This document shows, in pieces, positions 13,214 to 25,791 of a stretch of DNA of 64,000 nucleotides. Below the pieces are notes generated by a model that was given only the letters and a program-made list of their open reading frames with translations, made no database searches and was not told where the DNA came from. The DNA is from Styela clava (taxonomy: Eukaryota): contig NC_135252.1 of assembly GCF_964204865.1 (NCBI RefSeq), positions 4,774,001 to 4,838,000 of the forward strand, given 5' to 3'. A program made the translations under genes and the position numbers. Each line of letters opens with the position of its first letter. The first letter of the stretch is position 1.

Positions 13214-13549
13214 AGAGTCACTGACTACTGGTTCGGAATGTCAGAATACTTTTGTCTTCGATTCTCGTAATGTTTAAACCCAGTTTTCTAAAGAATTGGA
13301 TCTGTTAAGATGAAAAGATACACTATCATATATGCCAAGGAAAAGTTTGGAATTCGTAAGAAAAAATCTGTACAGAAAATGGGCTGGCCACAGATTGCAT
13401 TACGAAAAAAGGCAGAAGAAATCCGAGGTTCTGTTGAATTAGGAAACCAAATGAAAAAAAAATGTGAAACTCCTATGCTAGTAGAGATTGTGCCCGTACT
13501 GTATACATGGAAATCTCAAAAGCATTATTTATTCAACATTACCAATTGA
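13214..13549 (+). pseudogene. Orphan, 5'-truncated GPCR last exon (TM7/helix 8) with two in-frame stops
   Basis: RVTDYWFGMSEYFCLRFS*CLNPVF*RIGSVKMKRYT..KEKFG matches exon 7 of the cluster genes. Confidence 0.85.
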
Positions 13550-15608
13550 AAATACCTCGAATTTTTTTTTTATCATTATCCGTGTGTATGTTATAATGAT
13601 TAAAATAAACAAGTTTCATTTCAGTGTCTTTAATTCTTTTTTGATTACTTAAATATTTGCAGCATTTTTGTAATGATTTAAGACGCATTGACGCCGTTTC
13701 GTTGATGCAAAGTCGGTAGGATAAGTGAGTATTGCAGTCAAACCTGTAACTTGTGAGCACATCATTATATATTTTGATAAGTTTTCTTCAAAAGGGTTGT
13801 GTATTAATAACAAATACCAACACTCAAATATGTGGACACGGTAAGGCCAGAGAAAATCGAGTTTGCTGCAGGGATGGGCGGACATTCATTTTGGAGGCGG
13901 TCAATGCAGAATGAACAGCTCCATATTATGACTTAGGTGAAATAAAAATAAATAAATAAAAGTAATAGCTTAAAAGCGACTCTCAAAGTACTAAAAATTT
14001 TAAATCTATTAGTCGATTAGTTGCAGTGAAGTGCGATTTTCTCCAACAGCGAAAATCGTCTCTTTACAAAAACAAACATATAGCGAAACAATCAATCGCT
14101 TATCTGCTCTTATATTGTAATAATAACATCGTGTTCAATGAAGAAGTGAATTTGAAAAGTAAATTAAGTGGACTAATGGAAAAAAGTTTAATTGATGTAA
14201 AATAGTGGCTTTCCATTGGTCCATCTAGTCGCGAATCAGTAAAAAATTCTGATGCAACATGTTATAGTGTTAACACTAAATGATCGAATGCTTTTTTATA
14301 CTAGGAAAGAATACTCATACAATATTACGCCTATATTCATATGTGCATTTCCAGTTTTAAGTTGTCGAATACCGACATGGAGAGAACACCTTATACAAAA
14401 GAAAAATGCATGGACACAAAAGTCAAATGACTATCCGAAGTACAGCAATGGCCTATGAGACATGAAATAGGTTGTCTGATAACAAAACATCTTTCAGTCA
14501 AAATTACAAACCAGGTCATCGTAGCAAGTTACGGTGGTAACGGTAAAGCTTCATCTGAGCACCATGTCTGAAGGAATGCCACGTGGTGACGTAATTTCCG
14601 CAAAAATTCAAAATTTGGGGTGAAATACCGGACCACATGAAAAATAAAAAAATAAATTGCTTTTTAGCAACCTATTCAATCTTCGATTACTGAATATATA
14701 AAATAGATAAGTTCAATTGTGACGGAGAAGAGCGATGTTTTCACAAGGACAACAACCCAACAACATTTTTTCAAGTGGTTTATATTCATACTTCTTGTCC
14801 AATGATAAGTGCCATATGGAAAAGGAACTACCCAGTACACATTTATATGGATACTAATGAAGATAACATCACAAGACGAGCAAGTACATCACAAGTAAAT
14901 CATTTGGTAATTGTTACGCCATGTCAATATTTTTGTCGTTGGTCTTTTTTTTTTAGCGGTATCTCATATATGCAAAAATGCTTACTTTTTACCTCATTTC
15001 TGTCATACCGCTTGTCAATAAAACACGACACGCTTGAATTTTCACAATTACATGTATTATTGCTTGTGTGAAACCGCCTTTGACTCCGGATTTTTTGGTA
15101 AGTATACTCAAAAATAGTAGGCAAATGTTTGAGGGAAAAACAATGGTGTTTCATGCACCTGCGGCTTAATTAGGACAAATGAAAGAATGAGATGTTGGAT
15201 GTTAGGATTGGGTTTGTTTCACTCAGAGGCATTTGAAATAGAAGCGAATACTTTTTGCCATAGAAGCCTCTCAAATTGCGGAAAACTTGAATATGTGAAG
15301 GGAAGAGCTAATGATAACTCATTATGTACTTACACACATTGATACATTTTTACATGGCCTACATTAAATTGACCTTGTACATACATACAGATAAACCTAT
15401 TATTACGCATTCAATGTTAATTATATATATTCGTCAGGTCAGCGAAATTGGTCATGTCACGCTTGTCAACAAACAACAAATCTTATCGATTCAGTTTTGA
15501 AAAACATCGTTTGATTTTTTTCCGCTCCCATATGGACTGGTGATATAAATATTCCTCAGCACTCTATCCGACTACTATGGTCTGATTGTTCCGAAGAGGA
15601 AGGAGACG

Positions 15609-15616
15609 TATAAAAG
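15609..15616 (+). promoter_or_regulatory. Candidate TATA box of GPCR copy 2
   Basis: TATAAAAG 120 nt upstream of ATG 15729, conserved with copy 1. Confidence 0.45.
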
Positions 15617-15728
15617 ATAGAAGCGGTGTTTGTTCACTTCAAATTTTACTTTAGGAGTATTTTTCAGGACGACTGCCTTCTCATTTCTGACGGAATCTTT
15701 GTTTCTGCATACTGTAATTTTGAATACA

Positions 15729-18700
15729 ATGAAATCAACAAATATGACAAACTACAATGCCGTTACTCCAGTAAACCATTTTTCGCTTGACAATTCCTCC
15801 TCGCGTATTGAGTAAGTATGAGTACGATGGGATTATCGTATACCATAGTGAGATCGAATTGATTTTGGAGCCAAATTTCAATTACAATACTATTTAAAGT
15901 TAGTGGTCGATAATGAGTTAATAATGAAAAGATCTTATCACGGTGGCGCGATTTTTTTTTTCTAAATCGTTTAAGGCCAAATTCTTCGTTTACTCGTTTC
16001 TGAATATATTGATTGGCTGGTCGTAATGTTATTTCGTATTATCCAATTTCTCAAGTAAGAAGTTGCAAACCCATCTTTAATATCCTTTCTTCGTATATAT
16101 TTTTACGAGTAAAAAGTCCAGAGCATACTCCATGAAGAATTTTGAACGGAATAGAAAATGAGGGTAATCTAATTTCTATTTCAGACCGTACCAACGTCCG
16201 TTTGATGATTTAGGAATCCAGTTGTCTGGAGTCATCATATTCACATTTTTTATCATTGGATTAGCACTAAATTTATTGACAATTCTTGTGATATGCAAAT
16301 ACAAAAAGCTAAGGTTAGTACAAAATTTACAAATATTCACTGGGATCGACTATATAGCAGTTACTTAGAGTTTTGTTAAGACAATTGTAAAACGTGTGAA
16401 AGCAGAAAGCTTATTGTCCTCAATTAATGTTATAATGTCCTTTCCCCAAGGTAACTATTTAGCTGATATCACACTGGTGGTATTTAAATTGTTTTCAAAA
16501 ATATTAGTTAGGAAGTGAGTACACAAATTTACCTATAAACTATTCTAGCCAAGGCGTATCTAGGGGGCAGCCATCGGGTCAACCGCCCGGAAGCCACGTT
16601 GTAGGGGTCAGTTTGTTGCTTGGTTTGATGATTTGGATAAAAATATTAAAAACATTTCGCTCGTACTTGAGCTCCAATTTATTTATTCTCATGTATAACA
16701 ACATGTATAATTTGTTTATCTCAAGGATTATTTTTGAAGTTAGGTATAAGGGGCATCATTATCAGGAACTCACCCTGGGCAACAGAAAAGTTTGATACGC
16801 CCCTGATTGTAGCTTATATTTAAATTGAATAATTAATTTTTTTAGTTGACTTATGATTCAAAAATACTTTATTTCATTGTTCACAGAAATTTGTTCGTGT
16901 ATTTCATATTTTCTCTCTGTGTTTCTGACTTGATATCTGCAATCATCAGTACCTTGTTCTGGTATCGACGAACTCTAGGATTTGATTTGTGGGAGATTCC
17001 AGATTTTTTCTGTAAGGTGAGCTTTAGACGGGACCTTGGTACGAGTTGAGAATGCCTCTTTGCATTATTCATTGACTCGAGTTTAAGAAAATGGTTATAG
17101 CCTGAATAAAAAAGCTGCCTGGAGTACTCGTCGTGTAAAAGTGGTTTCTGTACCCGGTTTATCGGCATGTCCATATTCCCAGAACGATTAATTTTCAAGC
17201 TACCCTACCTAACGTTGTAACGTGACTATATGCGTTAGTTCCAACCTTTGCGGTTTACGCATTATTGAAATAATTTTATATTTCTGCATTTTCAGTTTTT
17301 CTGGGCTGCAGATATAACAACTACTTTTTCGACTGCGCTTCATATCATGACGTTTGCTGTACTTCGCTGGATCTGGCTGAAATTCCCATTTAAAAAAATA
17401 AAAACGCGTACAGCACTGGTAAGTATAGACCGATTTTATCTAAGACTTATGAGATGTATGAATGTGTGAGTTTACCTACTAGATCTTTTGTTAGCTGAGC
17501 TGATTATGTACTATAAAATGTTGCAAACAAAACCTCACATTTTTATTAAATGCTCAAGTGACGATGCAAATTTGTTCCGTAGATATATAGGTGTGCTACG
17601 TTCCACTGTGTGGGAATGTGCTATACAAACTTTAGCACGAGGCCTGATGCAATATATTCCAAAATCAATCTATAGGGAAAAATAACGACCTAATATACTT
17701 CTAATCAATATGCTGCTTGGTTCCTGCCAAATCAAATTTGTGTGAAAACAGTATTTTGGATTAAATATAGTCAATTGGGGATTTCGTATATGTTGCTGTA
17801 GCAAGAGATAAAAGTTAATTTGTTTTAAGATTATCATTTCCTTGATATGGTTTTTGTGCATCACTTGTGGATCTGTGCCCTATGCAGTCTTCTACGGGTC
17901 TCGAATACGTAATCGATACGGCAAGACAATGAATGCAATATGGCCAGCCTGTACTTTAAATCCAGAATGGTTTGTAATCATTATTATTAATAAAAACATA
18001 TCAGTCGTAAAGTATCTAATGGTTTGCTGATAATATTCCCAGAGGTTTCCCTCGTGCTGCAAATTTGAATATATACTATAGATTAGCTCCAAAATGACTG
18101 ATGACACGATGACACACAAATTTGTATAACTGGCCATGTTACACAATATAAATAACGCATAAAAATAGTACAAGTGCGACTGGCCGCATGCGATCAAGAT
18201 TTACAGTTGCTCAACTACCATTTTCTCGTTTAACCATTGTTGTTGTTGTTATATGTTTTATGGCGCTTATAACTTCAGTGGTCTTTTGCGCCATTGATCA
18301 ATTCAAATTTAAAAAATACTATACCTTATACTAACATATAATACAATATTTACGAATATATAATTATACAATTGAATCAATTGCAATAAGTAATTATTTC
18401 TAAACATTTCTGCCCGTAGACAAAACAAGTTCGATAACAGTTTCAATAATGTCCATGTTACTAAGCACTTCTTCCAAAGTCATTTCCAGTTTAAGTTTTC
18501 TGGCTTTGCTAATGACTGGGCTCCTTTGATTATTATATCGTTGACAATGCAATAGGTAGTGGGCTACGGTCTCGGGTACGAAACACTGTTCACAAAATCC
18601 GTCTGAATGACAGCCAATTTTATGTAAATGTGCATTCAGGGCGCAATGACCACTTTGCAGTCGGAATAAAAGAACTTGATATTTACGTGACAAAGTTTTG

Positions 18701-20939
18701 TTTTCTAGTCGTGACATCGTGGTAGGATGAAATCTATTATAATGGCTTGAGTTTACCGAGTTTATTGTAGCTATTTTCACAATTAATATGTTTTCGAATG
18801 CTGAATAATTAAGAAGAGCTGAAAGGGCATTGAGACAATCTGTTATTATCAATACACGTTCCGGTCTTGTTGTTGCGATCCATCTGAGACAACCCAGAAT
18901 TGTGTATAGCTCCGATGTATGTGAGGAGACAAAACGATGTTTAACCATTGTCAAATTCTAGAAGTAAAACATACCTTGTCATGAGTGTGGACTGTTTATT
19001 CCGGTGTGCTGTGAGTGAAATATGAAAAAGTGGCAATGAGCTGATCAGTCTTTTCGTAGTAAGAGCACAATAACATCGGTTTTTCAACAGAGGGGGATGT
19101 AATCTCAATAACGTTGCAGTCTGGTATAAATGCTCACATTTGGTGATGTTCAGCAGAAAGTTCCCCAAGTTCTCCGTCTTAAATTTATCCCTATGGTAGC
19201 GGTTCCCAAACTTTTTCTTCGCGAGGCGCCAAATTATCAGGGAAAGAACTCACGGCGCACTTAACACCTAAAATAGCTGCTTTTAAATAAAGTTCAATTT
19301 CATGATCGATAATGCGTACATTATACCTTTAAATTTTGTAAATATATAGATCTAAAGAATGAAGGCCAACGATCAACTCTTCTTCATCATCTCTGCCTGA
19401 GTTTCCTTTGAATTACTAAATAAATCATTCATGCTCGCTAAACTCGGTTCAGAAGATAAGAAAAAAAAATGCAGCTCGCGGAATTGCATCAAGTCGTATC
19501 TAACTATATATATTGTTACGTAACAATAGAGACACTAACTATGTAACAGAAAGTTATCGTAAATAGAAAGGTAAAATGGATTTATTGATTTATATACAAA
19601 GCATTTGAATTAAGAAATAATAAAACATTCATTATAATAAATACAAGAAGTAAAATTTTCAATCATATATTAGTTATGTTTAACATAATTCTGTTAATAT
19701 TCGCGGCCCCATTAACAAATCGCTATACCATTTGGGGACCGCTGCCATAAGAAGTTCACACCTTCAATGGAGAAACTAGGATAGGATTTTTTTTGCAGGA
19801 TTATTGTGATGTATTTTGCAACGATAGAAGATTTTAAAATTTGAACGTATATTAGTCCAATGATGCAAAAAAACAAGATAGCAAAAAGAAACAAACATAG
19901 TGAGCCAAGGAGGATTTCGTAAATTGTTCCATCTTTTACTGTACAAACAGAAAGTACTACTGATATTAACGGTATGGTCCATGAATTTCAAACCACTGAC
20001 CCCTCACCTAGCCAGTTTTTGGTGGTGATAAAAAATTGATAACAAAATTGAAGTCTAAAGTCAATAACTTAAAAGTCGACTTTGTTTTGGCATCCAGGAT
20101 CGAGGAATATTTGTTGTATCAAAGAATTGCTTTTCCGATTTTCCTATATGTGCCTCTCGGTGTGATTGTTGTTGTTTCTGTTATTATTATCGTCCAACTG
20201 CGGACATTGATACAATCTGAAATAGAAGACTCTCTCGATAGCACTGCTCGAATGAAGAGGAGAAGACAGACCATGCAGGCAGTATTGCAGTTAATGTTGA
20301 TTGTGATATCGTTCCTGATCGGATATGTCCCATTTACAGGTGAGACCTTAATTTATTGAAGCCACGTAAAAGTAGTTTTATAACACTCACTCGGTCTTCT
20401 ATGTCTCTTATAAATCAATACAATCAAGCCATAACACGTGAAAGACAAAGCTATACCGGCATAGATGATATTTTGTCAACGAATTCAACAAAAGATAGAT
20501 ACTGGAATGTTGGTGATACTTGACTTTTGGAAACTTTGGGTCTTCAATTCTAGTTAGGAAAACCTTTAAATTAAGCAGGTTATTTCCAATAATACATTTT
20601 ATAATATTCGACACATCGATTTTAAAGAGGTATTTTTACGATAATTACTATAATATTCAGTCCTAAATGCTATAGGCTACTTTTCAAATATTGAATAAAA
20701 ACACCTATTAATTTTGCATTTCAGCTTACGAATTTTGGAGTTTGCAACATCACCCAAATACTCGTTATCACCGAGTTTTCGATTACTGGTTCGGAATGTC
20801 TGAGTATCTTTGTATTAGATTTTCGGAATGCCTGAATCCTATCTTTTACAATATTGGCTCGAGTAAAATGAGAAAATGCACCATCATGTATATCAAAGAA
20901 AAATTTGGAGTGAGTGAGCCCCAAAATGCAAACAGATAG
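15729..20939 (+). CDS. Orphan class A GPCR, copy 2, 7 exons, 353 aa
   Basis: Exons 15729-15811, 16185-16313, 16887-17016, 17296-17418, 17830-17969, 20098-20339, 20725-20939. GT-AG introns; exons 1-6 have the same lengths as in copy 1; shorter C-tail. Confidence 0.92.
18241..18938 (-). mobile_element. 5'-truncated I-group LINE (RNase H fragment plus CCHC knuckle) in intron 5 of GPCR copy 2
   Basis: ORF 18400-18954(-): LIITDCLNALSAL, LFRLQSGHCALNAHLHKIG, CEQC..ETVAHYLLHC. (CAA)n tail. 13-bp TSD GTTTAACCATTGT at 18228-18240 and 18939-18951; the site is empty in copy 1. Confidence 0.92.
19197..19744. mobile_element. hAT (Charlie-like) MITE
   Basis: Ends tagcggttcccaaa / tttggggaccgctg; absent from the copy 1 intron; TSD degenerate. 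Confidence 0.6.
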
Positions 20940-23900
20940 ATCACTATAAACAACGCATCCAGATAAGATCTTTCTCAAAAAAATACCGATTTAAGGCATG
21001 CATGATGCTAGAAATAATATATATTTGTGAAGAAACATTTATGATCCAAAGGATGATGTTCCTCGTCAAGCCAATATGGATAATGAGAATTATAATTTTT
21101 TGCCCAGTATTACTTTTATTTGAGATTGGAGGAGAATGAGGCCAAATCCAAGATATTATAGTGATTTTGTGAAGTGAATATTGCATTTTGTAGATTAGTT
21201 GATTACTGACAACTTGTTGTAAATGAGATGTGAACATTCCGATTGGCATTGCTACAATGTGCATTAGTGTTGTGTTTTTGTCTGTAGATATTGATACTAT
21301 TTCTTTAAAAAGGGGACATGTAGCATTAAATTTATGACGTCATATTGATGGTTCATTTATGTCGCACTAAGATGGCGGACACCGGAACGTAGTGTGTGTA
21401 CTGGGTTAGGGCTAGGCCATAATTTTATTCCAATTTTCCTTATTTTAGTTCTATTACGAGTTCGGGGACTAGCCAAGTGACTCTTGTAGTATTTGTACCT
21501 GGAATTTTTTTTGGCCTAACCCTTATCTGGTACACATACTACGTTCCAGTGTCCGCCATCTTGGTTCATATACTTCCGGAGTACCGAATTAAATGGGACG
21601 GAAAATAATTTTGTGACTCACTAATCATTTTTGCACAGATTGTACGGTATAAGGTGACTATTACCTTGGATGTCAAACAATGTTCAAAAAAACATCGTGA
21701 CCGTTAACCTTCTAAAATCGTTCAACTGGGTAACCATTCACAGCCATGATTATTATAGGCTTATACTTGCATTTGAAATTGCACCCTAACTGCATAGAAT
21801 TATATCTGTCACGGTGGGTGTAAGAAAATCAAAGCAAAATTCAACGCAAAGTCACGCACACTCATTCAGAAGCAAAGCAAACTGATATCTAGGCAAAAAT
21901 TTTGTACCCGCAGAAAGTGCAAGGGCTACAGCCTACAGATATACTGGTTCAAGTGAACGGCACTTGAACCACTGCCGACTGCGTTGGCAGGCTTGTATTG
22001 TTAATTGCACCAATAGCGGGTATATTTAAATAGTATTCCTTATTTTACGCGTATGTTTCAATGGTGTTTCCCTATCTCTGGGTCGCGACCCAAAGCTGGT
22101 TTGCCTGAAAATATTTTCGGTACGATTTTTTTTACAAATACCTAAAACTTATTGATTTTATTTCCTAGTAAATTTGGTGCTTCCGTAGTATGTGCATCGA
22201 GATGGCGCACATCCTGAACATAGTATGTGTACCAGATCAGGGTTCAGGTTGTGCGTGATTACGGTGCACAGATTTGACGAAAAACACTAATGCAAATATC
22301 AAGCCGTAAAAAAAATTGCTCAAGGCTGCAAACTTCACACTCATGTAGAAATGATCGACAATGACCCCAAGATGAATAATCACATTGAAAAAAAATTATG
22401 TCTGATAACAATGTTGGGCCCAAGAAGGCCCCTTATCTGCCAGATACACAGACAATAAACGGATAAAAGAGTTCACAGCCGAGCGAATATGGCGTCTAAA
22501 AAAAGACAAGTCCAATAAACACAATCTATGACTTGATTGTGACGTTGTAGTGGCGTAATGTTTGGATGATGTAGTCAGGTGGGGGTTAGGAATAACATAT
22601 TCAAAAAATTTTGTTCCACGCCAACTAGAAGTAATTACGGCGTTTAGTAAACACGCGCCCAAAACTTCGTCTATGCAGTTCGGTCGCCAACTGGGAGTCA
22701 ATCATATGTGATCCTTTTTTTACCCGATCGAAGAGTCTGTAAGTAATAACTGGTGCTATCACCTAAATATGATAAGAAGTGATACTGTGTGATTCAATGC
22801 GCGGGTGACATCAGAAATACTTGAAAAGTCCATTCCCAATTAGACCATCCAACCTTTGTTGCTGTGACTTTATTGCAATAGAAATGCACATCAATGAGTC
22901 AGTTTATTCCGGCAGTTACACACAATTTAATCTATTTAGATTTTAGATGATCATCACTCCAAATATTAACCCCAAAACAACGAAAAGCAGAATTTACAAA
23001 AAAATAACAAATTGCAGAGCTTGATGACAGAGGTGCGCCCACTAAAAACACAGAAAAAAGAGAGCGACGTGCGTGAGAGATTTTACGGATGTCAGATTAT
23101 AGGTCAGAATAGACAGAATCGTTGGCTCAATACAATATATTTGAAATTTCGTGTGTTATAAAGCATGAAAATAATACATGCAATTGATTATAGTATCAAA
23201 TTTTGGATAGGAAATCAGTTTATTTAACTAAATATGGATGCACTAAGCTTATATGATCAAATGATTATCACAAGACTGGCATGACAGCAACAAATAAATA
23301 TTGCGAAAGACTTTTCTAGAACACGACCCTTAGTGCCCATATTTAAAATGAGGGAACATTTCTTACATAGTTTGACCCGCCTAAGTATAAAATATTTACT
23401 TCATCCAAGAGAGGGCAAAGCGGAGATTTGTACCGAAATTTTCTACATTTAATGGAAATTAATTCTTACTTTTTCCCGTAAATCACTGTCCGTAATGATT
23501 TCATCGTTTTAATATCAGGGTTGAGCTTAATAATTACGAGTGAGAGATTTTTCGTTGTTTGTGTGTATGTGCCAAGGTAGTAAGAATTGATCACAAAGAT
23601 CACGCTATAGAGCTATAGAGATCGAGGCAAGTCTAAAATTAAGTGTTATACTGCCGTCATGTGATTATTATAACACGAATAAGACCTATAGTTCGTTTTG
23701 CTAAATTATTGTTCTTGCTGTTTAATGCATTAGTATTCTTCTTGGTAATCTTTTCTCCTATTGTTTGTGTGAAAACGCTTTTCGTTTAATAGCTTTGGAA
23801 TTTTCGTTGTTTGAGGTTGTTGTTGTCGCTGCAAGGCTATTAACTACTTTTGATTATTTCTAAAATTTCTGTGGGCTCTTTCAGATTCATTTTTCACTTC

Positions 23901-24264
23901 AAAGTTTTCTGTGATAACGTCACAAAATTGAATAATTCCGCATCGTGTGTCGGTCTTGTGGTCAGCGAAGTCGTAGGGGTACTGTAAAAAATTGATACTA
24001 TTATGGAGTTTTGGCTTTCGTGACCATCTATTTGACTATTGCTCTATTTTTCAAAGCTGCCGATACGGAAAGATTGGCGTTGAACGCAATGACCGATTGC
24101 GTCCCAGGAGAAAGCCTTTTCAGTCATTATTCGTGATGCTACAATCTCACCAGATTATACGCTACTACTCTCGCATTATTCGTTTTTATTTTAATACTTT
24201 GCACTTCGTGCTAACGCTTTGGGCTTTCTTCATAACGTATGGATATAAGCCTAAGCTCATTACG

Positions 24265-24709
24265 CAGGCTTGTCCATGGGACATATTTTTTTTGTCCAAT
24301 TCCCATCCCATAGCAATTATGCCTGTCCCGTCCCATTGCATGTGATTCCCATTGGAATAAATTTCGTTAAAAATTGTTAAAAATAGGTTTCGCGTCTACT
24401 TAAATAGGACTACATGCACAAAGAGACATGCAAAACAACAAAATTTACGGACTTTGTTAACTTTATATTCATAACTATTATACACGTGTATATCATCCCC
24501 ATCACGAAGTATATTTTTAATGCTGAATATATTTGGCTCTTTGTAACTAACAGGAGAGCTATGCTCAAATATATGGACACGAAATCCATAACAAAATGTT
24601 TTACCATCATTTCCCCGAAAATCATACGGTTTTCGTGTCCCACGTGTCCCATGGGAAATATAAATGTGTGCTATCCCATCCCATGGGACGTTTCCCATGG
24701 GCAAACCTG
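24265..24709. mobile_element. hAT-type MITE
   Basis: TIR caggcttgtccatggga / tcccatgggcaaacctg; perfect 8-bp TSD TCATTACG (24257-24264, 24710-24717). Confidence 0.88.
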
Positions 24710-25237
24710 TCATTACGTGATACTATTCAATGTCTTTTAATAATGTGGGGATGAGGCACCTAAGACACACAGGAAGGACATAGGTTTAATTGGTTGGTCA
24801 TCTAAATATTCATAAAACGTTGTATACAATTATACAGTATATAGATAAATGAATGGGTAGAACAAATCATGGATGAAATATAACATTTAGGTAATGGTTG
24901 GTGAGCGCTACCACAATTGTGGGGTGGCCATGTATATTGATGACCAAACTTATTAGGAAGAGAAAAATATATAATTTAATCAAATAACAATGTATTCAAG
25001 AATAAAATTGTGAATAAAAAAAAAAATCGAACCAAGTCATTTGCATCTGATGAAGAATAGAAAATATCAGAGAGATAGTTTTTCTATAGAAAATGGCATA
25101 TTTTTGATATTCATGGCCAGAGGCTTTCATGCATCAGGCTTTATCGCCATTTTTTAGGTAAATTCTTTGTATGTTCTACGTTTACACATTCAATATAGCA
25201 GCCATTTAATTTTGGCAAAGCGTGTAAACATTGTAAC

Positions 25238-25791
25238 CAGTGGTGGGATTCATAATTTTGGATCAGGTTCTCTTTTGTATCGAACTTACTAACAACAAGT
25301 TCTCTCATTTCAGAAAATGCATGAATCTCACTAAATACGCTATATTAAGACAGGCATGATTTAACTAAATCTAATACATAACTTTTAAAACGCTAAACAT
25401 AACGCTGCTTCGTCATCAGCGATGCACTATAGTACCCATATGCTAAAGTCATCTAACACGGGGGTTTCAACGTTGTTCCCCCAATTCAGTTCCGCAGGTA
25501 CATGTATATATTGTTCACATATATATAATCAAATACATATTAGGCTTACTTTGAATTATTTAACCTGACACATATTAAAGATTATTTCGTTTTGCAGTAT
25601 TAGGTTTGCTTATATATATACATTATATATATGATTTATTCAATTCAGAAAATAAAAACATTTAAACAGAGGTTATTCGGGACTATCGCATTTTGGGTTC
25701 CGCTACACCGAAAAAGTTTAAAATCACTTGTCTAACGTTTAAAATAAAAAACAAGAACGGTATCACGCCGACCCGCTGAATTCCTCTATTG
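25238..25791. mobile_element. hAT-type MITE
   Basis: Imperfect TIR cagtggtgggattca / tgaattcctctattg; perfect 8-bp TSD ATTGTAAC. Confidence 0.78.

Larger units (their letters stand above)
13981..21005 (+). repeat. Segmental duplication unit B (upstream region plus GPCR copy 2)
   Basis: Collinear with 5929-12000. Confidence 0.88.

Noticed and set aside
24396-24740. Overlapping ~100-aa ORFs on both strands
   Set aside because: They lie largely within a 445-bp MITE with an 8-bp TSD; non-coding.
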